From Candidatus Parachristensenella avicola (lineage in GTDB: Bacteria > Bacillota > Clostridia > Christensenellales > UMGS416), in assembly GCA_904420205.1 (NCBI GenBank), contig CAJFUN010000023.1, positions 129,409 to 193,408 of the forward strand: a DNA stretch of 64,000 bases. The letters run 5' to 3'. Below the pieces are notes generated by a model, which ran no database searches, was not told where the DNA came from, and saw nothing but the letters and a program-made list of their open reading frames with translations. A program made the translations under genes and the position numbers. Of the stretch, positions 50,186 through 59,806 are shown piece by piece. The first letter of the stretch is position 1; every line of letters starts with the position of its first letter.

Positions 50186-50896
50186 ATGTTCGCTGTGTGG
50201 AAGCGGGAGATGCAGTCCTATTTTCTCTCTCCCATCGCCTATGTTTTTGTCGCCGCCTTCCTGGGCGTGTGCGGCTATTTCTTCGCCTTTAATAACGTGG
50301 CCACCTATAGCGCGGCCTTTAACTCCACCATGGGCAATATTGCCTTTGTGTTTATGTTCCTTATTCCAGTGCTGACGATGCGCCTGATGAGCGAGGATCG
50401 GCGCAGCAAGACCGACCAGCTGCTGCTGACGGCCCCGGTATCGCTCACGCAGATGGTCATGGGCAAGTATCTGGCGGCGGTTTCCGTGTTCACGGTTGCG
50501 CTGCTGTGCAGCCTGATTTATCCGCTCGCTATGGCCATCTTTGGGAATCCCGCCTGGGGCGAGATCCTGACGAGCTATGTGGGCTGCTTCTTGCTGGGCG
50601 CTTCCTTGGTGGCGCTGGGCATGTTCCTCTCGTCGCTGACCGATAGCCAGGCCATTGCCGCCGTGACGACTTTGGTCGTCATCATGCTGCTGTATGTAGC
50701 CAATATGATGACGCCGTATCTGAATATTTCCTGGCTGTCGACCATTATCAGCTGGTTCTCCATCTATTCCCGCTACGATCCCTTCTATGCGGGGCGGCTG
50801 GATCTGCCGGCGATCATTTACTTTATCAGCTTCTCCGCGGTCTTTGTGTTCCTGACGATCCGCACAGTGGAGAAGAGAAGGTGGAGCGAGGGTTGA
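50186..50896 (+). CDS. ABC transporter permease (GldF-like)
   Basis: Six predicted TM segments; LMSEDRRSKTDQLLLTAPVSLTQMVMGKYL. Confidence 0.9.
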   Translation: MFAVWKREMQSYFLSPIAYVFVAAFLGVCGYFFAFNNVATYSAAFNSTMGNIAFVFMFLIPVLTMRLMSEDRRSKTDQLLLTAPVSLTQMVMGKYLAAVSVFTVALLCSLIYPLAMAIFGNPAWGEILTSYVGCFLLGASLVALGMFLSSLTDSQAIAAVTTLVVIMLLYVANMMTPYLNISWLSTIISWFSIYSRYDPFYAGRLDLPAIIYFISFSAVFVFLTIRTVEKRRWSEG

Positions 50897-50900
50897 TAGC

Positions 50901-52391
50901 ATGAAAAAGATAAACGAGCAGAACATTGGCGGCGGCAAAAAGAAGGACAACGGCCGCAAGCGCCGCATGATCTATGGGAGCTACTCGGTGGTGCTCAGCT
51001 GCGTAGTCATCGTGGCGGTGCTTCTTGTAAATATCTGCCTGCAGTATCTGGGTGAGAATGTGAACCTACAGATTGACATGACCCAGAACCAGGTCTACTC
51101 CATTACCAACAAGACCAACGAGGTGGTAAGCTCCCTGGATGAGGACGTATATATTTATACCCTCTTTTCGGGCTCCAACGTGGATCAAACGCTGCAGGAT
51201 ATCTTAAACCGGTATAAGCCGCTTTCGGATCACATCAAGGTGGAGAACGTAGATCCTATCTTGAATCCCGGGTTTGTCACCATCTATTCAGAGTCGGGTG
51301 TAGCGCCGTCCACCGGCGACGTAGTTGTGACCAATGCGGATAAGAACGTTTATCGGGTGATCGACTATGACGATATGTACACCTATGATGATAACGACAA
51401 TCTCTCCCAGGTGAACGTGGAAAGCAAGATTACCTCGGCGATCACCTATGTGACGGATGAAAACCGCAAGAGCGCCTATATCCTGACGGGTCACGGCGAA
51501 CCGGAAATCGCCACCATGACCTCGTTTAACGAGATCTTGGAGGGAGAGAACCTGGAAATTATTTCGGCCAAAATGGATGTGTTCATGGAGCAGCACAAGC
51601 CGGGCGATATGCTGATTGTGATGGCGCCGCAGTCCGATCTGACCGATACCGAGCGCGAACAGATGAAATCCTTTGTGGAGGGCGGCGGTACGCTCATGAT
51701 GTGCCTGGATAACGAGCTGGGCAAGGATCTGGAGAACTTTAACTCTATCCTGAAACTCTATGGTGTATCAGCTCCTCAGGGCGTGATTTTTGAAGGAGAC
51801 CGCGACCATTACGCGCTGCCCTATGCGAACTTCATCGTGCCGGATTATACGAGCCATGAGATCGTGCAGGCCCTGGCAACGAAGAACGTAGCGGTGCTCT
51901 TCCCCTATGGCGCGGGTATCCTTGAGGTAGCCGATCCCCTGCCGGAGGAAAACATCACCGTATCCAGCATCCTGGAAACCTCGAATTCCTCTTGGATGAA
52001 GAGCCTTTCGGATCTGGAGACCACGGCCAAGGCCGATACCGACCCCAGCGGCCCATTCCCGGTGGGCGTTACGATCACCCGCCCGGTAACCCTGGAGAAT
52101 GGGGAAGCCGGCGAAACGAGGATTATTGCCTTTAATACCGTGAACCACATTCGTTACGGCGATTCGCTGGCCGCATATGCCGACGGCGATCTTGTCCGCA
52201 ACTGCGTAGCCTGGCTGAAGGGCGAAAGCGCCCAGGAGCTGTACATTCGCGGCAAGACGCTGGGGGATTCGGTGCTGTACTTCCGCAGCGCTTCCCAGGC
52301 GGACTGGACGATTGCCCTGACCTGGCCGGTGCCTGTTGCCCTGATCCTGATCGCGGGCCTTGTCATCTTTATCAAGCGTAGACATCTGTAA
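50901..52391 (+). CDS. GldG-like ABC-associated protein
   Basis: N-terminal and C-terminal TMs; DMTQNQVYSITNKTNEVVSSLDEDVYIYTLFSG; AYILTGHGEPEI. Confidence 0.88.
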   Translation: MKKINEQNIGGGKKKDNGRKRRMIYGSYSVVLSCVVIVAVLLVNICLQYLGENVNLQIDMTQNQVYSITNKTNEVVSSLDEDVYIYTLFSGSNVDQTLQDILNRYKPLSDHIKVENVDPILNPGFVTIYSESGVAPSTGDVVVTNADKNVYRVIDYDDMYTYDDNDNLSQVNVESKITSAITYVTDENRKSAYILTGHGEPEIATMTSFNEILEGENLEIISAKMDVFMEQHKPGDMLIVMAPQSDLTDTEREQMKSFVEGGGTLMMCLDNELGKDLENFNSILKLYGVSAPQGVIFEGDRDHYALPYANFIVPDYTSHEIVQALATKNVAVLFPYGAGILEVADPLPEENITVSSILETSNSSWMKSLSDLETTAKADTDPSGPFPVGVTITRPVTLENGEAGETRIIAFNTVNHIRYGDSLAAYADGDLVRNCVAWLKGESAQELYIRGKTLGDSVLYFRSASQADWTIALTWPVPVALILIAGLVIFIKRRHL

Positions 52392-52402
52392 GGAGTGACC
52401 CC

Positions 52403-53845
52403 ATGAATAAAAAGATGCTGATTACAGCGGGCGTGCTGGTCGTCGTGCTGGCGGTTATGCTGTGCCTTGTCTTTATTCTGGTGCCGGCGCTCCAGCAGAA
52501 GCAATATGAAAACCAGACCACGACAACCACGTCTACCACGCCAGCTCCGGAGAAGCTGGGTACCCGCGAGGAGCAGGAGGTGCTGGAGATCACGGTTGAG
52601 CGCTCCGACGAAACCTTTACCTTTGAGCGCGAGGAGTATCTCGCCGACTGGGTGCTGACCAAACAGCCGGATCTGGCGCTGAATCAGAATATGGTTTCTT
52701 CGCTGGTGAGCAATGCCTCTTCGGGCATCGTGAACCAGGATATCAGAAGCGATCTTACCGATCTGGCGCAATACGGGTTAGATAATCCCACTGCGACGGT
52801 AACCATCGTGTTTTCCGATGGAGAAAAGCAGACCTATTACCTGGGGAATCTGACGGTTACCGGCTCCAGCTGCTATGCTTACCGTGAAGGCGTGGAGCGG
52901 GTGGTAACGGTTCCCAGCAATTTCTACGAGTATGCGACATCGCCGCTGTATGCCTATGCTCAGCCCAAAGAGTTCTCGGTGGATGGACCCAATGCCTCGA
53001 TGATCCGGATTTCCTCCGGCGACGAGATCCTACTAGAGGCCCACCGCCTGGGCGAACAGACCATGAGCGTGGGCGACTATATGATCACCGAGCCCTATCA
53101 GGTGCTGGCGAGCACGGAGTTCGACACCTTTGCCGAGTATTTCAGCACCATCAGCTTGAGCGGCATGGTGGACGTATCCAATGACAACCTGCAACGCTAT
53201 GGGCTGGATAACCCGGCCTATACGGTTACGGTGGAGTACGATCCCGATAACGTGGGAGGCACGGGCAACTTTACCATGTATATCGGCGATAAGAGCGAGA
53301 ACGAAGAGGATTATTACGTATCCTTCGAGGGCGAGCAGGGTGTGTACACCATCAGGACGACGGCGCTGGATTTCATTACGGAGATGAACGCCTTTAGCCT
53401 GGTGAACCGCATGTTTATGCTGTATGCCATCAACTACGTGGACGAGGTGACTGTGCACGCGCCGGACACCGATGCAGTGCTGACGATCATCCAGCCGGAT
53501 ACGTCAGAGGATGAGACGGCCCGCGCTACCTTTAAGCTGGATGGCGTCGATATTAACCGAAAAGCCGGTAACCTGTGGTACCAAAGCATCCTGAGCATTA
53601 CAAGCCACGGAGCCTTGCCCAAGGGCTATACTGTCAGCGGAGAACCGGAGGTCACGATTTTCTTTAAATACCTGCCGGGTAACAACCTCACGGAGAACCT
53701 GTTTGAGTTCTTCCCCTACGAGAAGGATTATTACGCTGTCCGGGTGGACGGTGTGACCCAGTTCTATTGCAGGCGGGAGAAGGTTGAAAACATGCTGACT
53801 ACCCTGGATCAGCTGCGTGCCGGCGAGCTGGACGCCGAAGACTAG
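52403..53845 (+). CDS. DUF4340 domain-containing protein
   Basis: N-terminal TM; ADWVLTKQPDLALNQNMVSSLVSNASSG...LAQYGLDNPTATVTIVFSDGEKQTYYLGN. Confidence 0.85.
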   Translation: MNKKMLITAGVLVVVLAVMLCLVFILVPALQQKQYENQTTTTTSTTPAPEKLGTREEQEVLEITVERSDETFTFEREEYLADWVLTKQPDLALNQNMVSSLVSNASSGIVNQDIRSDLTDLAQYGLDNPTATVTIVFSDGEKQTYYLGNLTVTGSSCYAYREGVERVVTVPSNFYEYATSPLYAYAQPKEFSVDGPNASMIRISSGDEILLEAHRLGEQTMSVGDYMITEPYQVLASTEFDTFAEYFSTISLSGMVDVSNDNLQRYGLDNPAYTVTVEYDPDNVGGTGNFTMYIGDKSENEEDYYVSFEGEQGVYTIRTTALDFITEMNAFSLVNRMFMLYAINYVDEVTVHAPDTDAVLTIIQPDTSEDETARATFKLDGVDINRKAGNLWYQSILSITSHGALPKGYTVSGEPEVTIFFKYLPGNNLTENLFEFFPYEKDYYAVRVDGVTQFYCRREKVENMLTTLDQLRAGELDAED

Positions 53846-53863
53846 ACAACAAAACCGTAAAAA

Positions 53864-53893
53864 CGAGAGGGAGCTTGCTCCCTCTCGTTTTTT
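53864..53893. terminator. Intrinsic terminator
   Basis: ACGAGAGGGAGCTTGCTCCCTCTCGTTTTTT. Confidence 0.92.
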
Positions 53894-54053
53894 CTATGCC
53901 GGCGGCAGGCCTGGATTGGGCGCGGAAAAAACGCACACCAAGCGGATAAATGAACATTTTCTCGAATTATGTTATAGAAATACAAAACACCAGTGAGATA
54001 CGTGCGGAGCGTGTATAATAAAAAAATACGTCCCTTGCGGAACGTATCGGCAT

Positions 54054-54293
54054 CTAGGCCTGATCGGTGGGAGCGCCGTCCTCTCGCTCGGGATCCGTCC
54101 GCTTTTTGACCTGGGCAAGGATTCGCTCGATGGCGCTGCGGTGCCGCTCGGTGACCTCGCGGACGTAGACGGACGGCCGGGGCTGGGCAGCCGGCATTGG
54201 CATCGTCTCAGGGGCCGGGTTTTCCTGGGGCTCCGGGTCTGCGGGCGGTTCAACTGGATTTTGGGTAGGCGGGACGGAAAATACGCGTTTCAT
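54054..54293 (-). CDS. Hypothetical small Pro-rich protein
   Basis: 79 aa, upstream AAAGGAG-like RBS; no recognised domain. Confidence 0.5.
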   Translation of the reverse strand: MKRVFSVPPTQNPVEPPADPEPQENPAPETMPMPAAQPRPSVYVREVTERHRSAIERILAQVKKRTDPEREDGAPTDQA

Positions 54294-54412
54294 AAGAACC
54301 GACTCCTTTCAAGCTTGCTTATCCAAATCTATGGCGGATAGGGCTTCAATATGACAAACATCTGTCAAAGATTTTATTTTTCAATATGAATATAAAAATG
54401 GTTTCGACCGGC

Positions 54413-54419
54413 TTCGACA
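54413..54419 (-). promoter_or_regulatory. Candidate 0A box (TGTCGAA on minus strand)
   Basis: TTCGACA on the plus strand is an exact match to the 0A-box core TGTCGAA, upstream of spo0A. Confidence 0.6.
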
Positions 54420-54536
54420 AATCTAGTGGAGCTTCGCTCTTTCCCAAAATTTGTCCTATGATACAATATTACTGGAAAAAACAGCCGATCGAGTCATGTT
54501 GATTCGGATGATGGAGTAAAAGGAGGAAGATCAACC

Positions 54537-55313
54537 ATGCAGGAGAAGGTTAAGGTACTGGTGGCGGATGACAACGGGATGACCCGGGAAATGATGCACC
54601 AGGGCCTGGGCAGAATGGAAGAGGTGCAGGTGGTTGGGCTAGCGGCCAACGGGCAAGAGGCGGTGGAGCTGCTTCGCAAATATCAGCCGGACATTTTGGT
54701 GCTGGACCTGGTAATGCCCGTATTGGACGGCGTCGGTGTACTGGAGGAAATCAAACGGCTTCCGGGCAAGCATCCCGACGTATTGGTGCTCTCTGCCATG
54801 GGCTCTGAGGACGTGGTGAACGAGGTCATGCGCTACGGCGTGCGCTATTTCATGGTGAAACCCTTTGAGATCGAGCAGATCTGCCGGCGCATTCGGGACA
54901 TTATTGACCAAAACCACGGTGGCAAAAGCACCGGCTTTACCATGGGCTCCAGCATCCGGCCCAAATCGGTTGACGAGGAGATTACCTCGGTTTTCCTGAC
55001 GATCGGTATCCCGGCCCATATCAAGGGATATCAGTACCTGCGGGAGGCGGTCAAAATGGTCATGGAGGATAAGCAGCTGATTGGCTCCATCACCAAAGAG
55101 CTGTATCCGGGGATCGCCGAACGCTTTGATACATCTGCCAGCAAAGTGGAGCGGGCCATCCGGCATGCGATCGACGTGGCCTGGACAAAGGGACGCATCG
55201 AGAACATCAACCGCATTTTTGGATATAATATTTACACCCTGCATGACAAGCCGACCAACGGAGAATTCATCGCGCTTCTAGCCGATAAAATGTCCATGGA
55301 GCACTCGGCCTGA
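54537..55313 (+). CDS. spo0A: Sporulation transcription factor Spo0A
   Basis: KVLVADDNGMTREMMHQ...DILVLDLVMPVLDG...VKPFE; Spo0A_C: SITKELYPGIAERFDTSASKVERAIRHAIDVAWTKG. Confidence 0.97.
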   Translation: MQEKVKVLVADDNGMTREMMHQGLGRMEEVQVVGLAANGQEAVELLRKYQPDILVLDLVMPVLDGVGVLEEIKRLPGKHPDVLVLSAMGSEDVVNEVMRYGVRYFMVKPFEIEQICRRIRDIIDQNHGGKSTGFTMGSSIRPKSVDEEITSVFLTIGIPAHIKGYQYLREAVKMVMEDKQLIGSITKELYPGIAERFDTSASKVERAIRHAIDVAWTKGRIENINRIFGYNIYTLHDKPTNGEFIALLADKMSMEHSA

Positions 55314-55394
55314 CGAAAGGCATTCCTCCCGGCATATAAGGGGACGAACCGGCATAAAGTGATACAGATATGGTTCGCCAAGGGAGGATTGAGT

Positions 55395-56924
55395 ATGGAT
55401 TGGGAAAAAACGCTATGGAATCTGGAGATTGCCGTAGATGACACGACAGCCTCCGGCATGGCCGAGGCAGAAATCAATATACCGGAGGATCAGGAAGGCG
55501 CATTGCGATTCCTGTGCTGCCAGGCCAGGGTAGAGGACGCCAGCGCTCAGCCGTCCCAGGGACAGGTGCAGGTGGAGGGTGCGGTGGCGTTCACGGTGCT
55601 GTATGAAACGGCATCCGGGTTGGCCAGCATTGAATCGCGCAACGGATTTGCCCACACGGTGGCGATGACCAAAGCCCAGGCAGGGCAGCGGGTGCAGCTG
55701 AAAGTTACGGCGCTGTCCACCCAGGTGCGCTGGATTAACGAACGCCAGTGCAGAGTGGAATGCGTGTTGGAAATGCAGATTGGCCTTATGGAGCGCCAGG
55801 AGCGCACGCTGATAACCGGTATACAGGGTGCGGGTGTGCAGGCCTCCACCACGCCCATTGAGGGTTCTTGGGTCATCGGCACCAGCCGCCAGGTGGTCAC
55901 GATTCGGGAGGACGTGGAGCTGAGCCCCACGCTACCCGCGGCTGAAAACGTGCTCTGGTGCCAAGGGCAGGTAGAACTGACCCAGATAAGCTGCCAAGCC
56001 GGGCAGATGGACGTCGCTGGGCAGCTGCGGTTGAACGTCCTCTATAGCGCGGCAGCCCCCGCATGGGTTGAGCAGACGGCCCTCCAGCTGCCGATCGCTC
56101 AGCAATGGGATGCCTCGGAAATCGCCCAGTCGCGGTGGCTAATGGGCGAAGGCCGGGTGCAGGAATGCCGCATCAAGCTTTACGACAACATTAAGGGCGA
56201 GAAACGGGTTCTGGCTGTGGAAGCGCAGCTGTTGATCACGGTACAGGGATATGCGTCTCAACAAACGCAGGCATTGACGGACGCGTACTCCATGGATGAG
56301 GAGATTACCCTGGAGACCCAAGTTTGGAAGATCCCCGGCGCCCCGCAGCAGGCTCAATCCGAAACGCCGGTTACCGGCGAGCTGAAGCTTCCGGAAGGCA
56401 CGGCCCTGCCGGACCAGGTGCTGCAGGTACTGGCCAATCCCGTGGTGGACAGCATTACCGTGGAGCAGGGGAAGGCGACGATCACCGGCCGGCTTATTAC
56501 CAGCGTGATTCATCTTTCCGGCGAAGAGCGCATGCTGGGCTGCATCAACGGAACGGCGCCCTTTGAGACGGCCGTAACGGCAGAGGGCCTGCAAGCGGAG
56601 GACTGGCTTCAGGTAGAGGTTGCCGGGCTGCAGGCTGGGGCGTCATCCGGTGCGGCGGGCAGCTTGCAGATTCGGGATGTGCTGGAAATCACGCTGATTT
56701 GGCGCGACGTTCAGACGCAGACCGTGGCGGTAGACGGCGAGAGCGAGCCTTGGGAGAGCGAGTTGCCCTCGGGCTTGCTGTTGGTTGTCGCGCAGCAGGA
56801 TGAAGATAACTGGAAAATGGCCAAGCGATGCAGAATCCCCATGGAAGAGCTCATTCAAGCCAATCCGCAACTGGCGCAGCGCGAGGTGGAACCAGGCGAG
56901 TGCCTGGTGGTAGAGCGCGCCTAG
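55395..56924 (+). CDS. SPOCS (DUF3794) domain protein with C-terminal LysM-like segment
   Basis: Multiple SPOCS-like repeats; C-terminal WKMAKRCRIPMEELIQANPQLAQREVEPGECLVV. Start 55395 with GGGAGG RBS. Confidence 0.8.
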   Translation: MDWEKTLWNLEIAVDDTTASGMAEAEINIPEDQEGALRFLCCQARVEDASAQPSQGQVQVEGAVAFTVLYETASGLASIESRNGFAHTVAMTKAQAGQRVQLKVTALSTQVRWINERQCRVECVLEMQIGLMERQERTLITGIQGAGVQASTTPIEGSWVIGTSRQVVTIREDVELSPTLPAAENVLWCQGQVELTQISCQAGQMDVAGQLRLNVLYSAAAPAWVEQTALQLPIAQQWDASEIAQSRWLMGEGRVQECRIKLYDNIKGEKRVLAVEAQLLITVQGYASQQTQALTDAYSMDEEITLETQVWKIPGAPQQAQSETPVTGELKLPEGTALPDQVLQVLANPVVDSITVEQGKATITGRLITSVIHLSGEERMLGCINGTAPFETAVTAEGLQAEDWLQVEVAGLQAGASSGAAGSLQIRDVLEITLIWRDVQTQTVAVDGESEPWESELPSGLLLVVAQQDEDNWKMAKRCRIPMEELIQANPQLAQREVEPGECLVVERA

Positions 56925-56944
56925 CCATCGCGGAAAGTCATGCA

Positions 56945-56988
56945 AAAAAGCCCGGAATGCGAACGCTTCGCATTCCGGGCTTTTTTGT
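56945..56988. terminator. Bidirectional intrinsic terminator
   Basis: AAAAAGCCCGGAATGCGAACGCTTCGCATTCCGGGCTTTTTT. Confidence 0.92.
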
Positions 56989-57070
56989 TTTGTCCCGTCC
57001 TATAGGGCGGGCGTCATCCGGCGCGTGATGCAGCAAAAGGATAACGAAGCGCCTTTTGCTCCTTGTGCCC

Positions 57071-57286
57071 TTAAGAGTGCTCTACCGGCACATCGTTGTG
57101 GCGGAAGAGGTTAGCCAGAAGGCCGATGCACCAAAGCCCGGCCAGGCCGACAATGCAGTACACAATCCGGGAGCCGATGGCGGCCGTGCTTCCAAAGATC
57201 AATGCAACGAGATCAAACTGGAAGGCGCCCACCAGCAGCCAGTTAATAGCCCCGATGATCACCAGGATGAGAGCAAGCTTATTCAT
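57071..57286 (-). CDS. DUF378 domain-containing small membrane protein
   Basis: MNKLALILVIIGAINWLLVGAFQFDLVALIFG...RIVYCIVGLAGL. Confidence 0.9.
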   Translation of the reverse strand: MNKLALILVIIGAINWLLVGAFQFDLVALIFGSTAAIGSRIVYCIVGLAGLWCIGLLANLFRHNDVPVEHS

Positions 57287-57359
57287 GGTTGATTCCTCCA
57301 ATGTATGTTGTCCGCTATAAGCTTACCCCATATGAACAGAAATATACCTTGGTGCGACG

Positions 57360-57632
57360 CTATCCTTTCTTTTTGTCGATCAGCTCTTCCACATCAAAGC
57401 TATCAAAGGCGACTTCTTCCATAAAATCGTCGGCCCGAAAGCGGGTATGGCGGAATTCACTCATATCCCGCAAGTGCTTGGACAGAATGACGGGGCGGGG
57501 CAGATCCAATGGCTCGCAGAGCGCTTGGATCATTTGTTCAAATTCCTCCTGCGTATCCGTCGTATATCCGTCGGCCGTTGTATCCTTGACGATTTTATGA
57601 TTTTTCACAATTTTTCCCCAATACCGCCCCAT
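57360..57632 (-). CDS. Conserved hypothetical small protein
   Basis: 90 aa, GGAGG-like RBS upstream; GRYWGKIVKNHKIVKDTTADGY. Confidence 0.65.
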   Translation of the reverse strand: MGRYWGKIVKNHKIVKDTTADGYTTDTQEEFEQMIQALCEPLDLPRPVILSKHLRDMSEFRHTRFRADDFMEEVAFDSFDVEELIDKKKG

Positions 57633-57762
57633 ACTATGCCTCCTTTTGCCTGTCTATTATAGCCTGTGTTTCCAGCGTACGCAAGCAGGGCAAACAAGTC
57701 CATTCTTTTTGATCCAGCGCCTTGATATAATAAAACAAACTTTAAGGAATGAGGATGCGGCG

Positions 57763-58476
57763 ATGAAAAAAGCTTTGATCGTATGGGGCGGATGGGATGG
57801 ACACGAACCCCGTCAGGTGGGCGAGCGCTTTGCCGGCGTTTTAGAGGAGGAGGGCTTTTCGGTGACGGTTTCAGACCGGTTGGAAAGCTTCACGGAAGTG
57901 GATCTAAAAACGCTGGATCTCATTGTGCCGATCTGGACGATGGGAACCATTACAAAAGAACAATGCGACGCGGTGGTGGAAGCGGTCGGGATGTACGGCG
58001 TGGGCCTAGCCGGAAACCACGGCGGCATGTGCGATGCTTTCCGGCAGGATACCCAGTGGCAGTTCATGACCGGCGGGCAATGGGTTTCCCATCCTGGCGG
58101 CGACGGCGTGCGGTATACGGTAAACATGCGCAGGACGGCTTCTCCGCTGACCGAGGGATTGGAAGACTTTGAGGTTGAGAGCGAACAATATTATGTGCAT
58201 GTGGATCCGGCTAATTGCGTGCTGGCCACTACCCGGTACCCGGTGGTGAACTACTATCACGCCGCCAACGGCGCCGTCGACGTGCCGGTAGCCTGGACCC
58301 GCCGCTGGGGCCATGGCCGCGTATTCTATTCATCGCTGGGCCATCACAACGATGTATTTGATATCCCCGAAGCCCTGGAACTACAACGCAGAGGTATGCG
58401 CTGGGCGGCCGAGGGAAAGGCATTGGCTCAAGGAAAGGATCCGGAACAGTATACCAGCACACTGAAAATGTATTAG
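57763..58476 (+). CDS. ThuA-domain protein (trehalose utilisation-like/glutamine amidotransferase-like fold)
   Basis: KALIVWGGWDGHEPRQVGERFAGVLEEEG...GLAGNHGGMCDAFR...GHGRVFYSSLGHHNDVFDIPE. Confidence 0.9.
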   Translation: MKKALIVWGGWDGHEPRQVGERFAGVLEEEGFSVTVSDRLESFTEVDLKTLDLIVPIWTMGTITKEQCDAVVEAVGMYGVGLAGNHGGMCDAFRQDTQWQFMTGGQWVSHPGGDGVRYTVNMRRTASPLTEGLEDFEVESEQYYVHVDPANCVLATTRYPVVNYYHAANGAVDVPVAWTRRWGHGRVFYSSLGHHNDVFDIPEALELQRRGMRWAAEGKALAQGKDPEQYTSTLKMY

Positions 58477-58485
58477 GAGAGGGAC

Positions 58486-59595
58486 ATGCAAAAGATTAAA
58501 GTAGGCGTCATTGGCTGCGGCAACATCAGCGGCATCTATTTTAAAAACCTGACCGAGGTTTTTAGCGCCGTTATGGAGGTAAAGGCTGTCTGCGATCTGA
58601 TTCCAGAGCGCGCGGCCTATGCGCACGAGACTTATGGGTTCAACGTCGTTCCCCGGGACGAGGATATTTTCCAGGATCCGGAGATTGAGCTCGTGCTCAA
58701 TATCACCCGCCCCTGGGAGCATTACGATATTAATAAGCGGGCGCTGCTGGCCGGGAAAAACGTATATTGTGAGAAGCCCCTTGGAATTACCCGGGAGGAG
58801 GGGCGCGAGATCCTGGAACTGGCGCGGGAAAAGGGCCTCCTGGCGGGAGGCGCTCCGGATACCTATCTGGGTAGCGGCCTACAGACCTGCCGGAAGCTTA
58901 TCGATGACGGCTGGATCGGCACGCCGGTATCGGCGACGGCCTTTATGATGAACCATGGCCACGAATCTTGGCACCCGGGTCCGGAGTTTTATTACCAAAG
59001 GGGCGGCGGCCCAATGCTGGATATGGGCCCCTATTATTTGACCGCGCTGGTCAGCCTAATGGGTCCGGTGGAATCGGTTATGGGCTCTACCTGCATTACG
59101 TATCCAACCCGCACCATCACAAGCCAACCGCAATATGGCAAGGTGATCGACGTGGAAGTGCCCACCTATGTGTCAGGCCTTTTAAACTTCCAGAGCGGAG
59201 CCAAGGGCACGATCATTACCACCTTTGACGTGTGGAGCGCGGAACTGCCCTTTATTGAGATTTACGGCAGCGAAGGAACGCTTTCGGTGCCGGATCCCAA
59301 TACCTTTGGCGGGCCGGTGCGCTACCGCCGCCATGACAGTGAATCCTTTACCGAGATTCCCCTGATCTTTGGATACCGGGAGAATAGCCGAGGGCTTGGA
59401 TTGGCGGATATGGCGATGGCCATTCGTAACCAACGCAAACCCCGAAACGGCGTTAGCCTGACCTATCATATCTTGGATATCATGTGCGCTATCCATGAAT
59501 CCAGCGATCAGGGGCAGCGCATCCGGCTGACCAGCACCTGCGACCGCCCGGCGCTGCTATCGATGAATTTGCTTCCGGGTCAGGTGAATCCATAA
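58486..59595 (+). CDS. Gfo/Idh/MocA family oxidoreductase
   Basis: [46 protein letters not shown]. Confidence 0.94.
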   Translation: MQKIKVGVIGCGNISGIYFKNLTEVFSAVMEVKAVCDLIPERAAYAHETYGFNVVPRDEDIFQDPEIELVLNITRPWEHYDINKRALLAGKNVYCEKPLGITREEGREILELAREKGLLAGGAPDTYLGSGLQTCRKLIDDGWIGTPVSATAFMMNHGHESWHPGPEFYYQRGGGPMLDMGPYYLTALVSLMGPVESVMGSTCITYPTRTITSQPQYGKVIDVEVPTYVSGLLNFQSGAKGTIITTFDVWSAELPFIEIYGSEGTLSVPDPNTFGGPVRYRRHDSESFTEIPLIFGYRENSRGLGLADMAMAIRNQRKPRNGVSLTYHILDIMCAIHESSDQGQRIRLTSTCDRPALLSMNLLPGQVNP

Positions 59596-59614
59596 ATACA
59601 AACTAAGCGGTTTT

Positions 59615-59646
59615 GAGGCCCGGCGGATCACCCCGCCGGGCCTCTT
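59615..59646 (+). terminator. Intrinsic terminator
   Basis: GAGGCCCGGCGGATCACCCCGCCGGGCCTCTT; weak T-tract. Confidence 0.65.
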
Positions 59647-59740
59647 GCTGCAGATTCTTTCGTTTGTGTGCAAATATACAAAAATTTCTGCATGATTTTC
59701 ATCCCGTCGGAAAGGATAAGCGCGTAGTATAGTAAAGGCA

Positions 59741-59769
59741 TTGACGTTGAGCGGCGCTTGGGGTATAGT
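59741..59769 (+). promoter_or_regulatory. Sigma-A promoter for asd
   Basis: TTGACG-17 bp-TATAGT. Confidence 0.7.
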
Positions 59770-59806
59770 AACGAAAAGTCGAAATCAGTCGATGGAGGTT
59801 TGAGAT

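Noticed and set aside
49592-50968. 458-aa minus-strand ORF
   Set aside because: Antisense to the ABC ATPase/permease genes; Gln/His/Arg-rich shadow translation.
57056-57292. 78-aa plus-strand ORF
   Set aside because: Antisense to the recognisable DUF378 protein.
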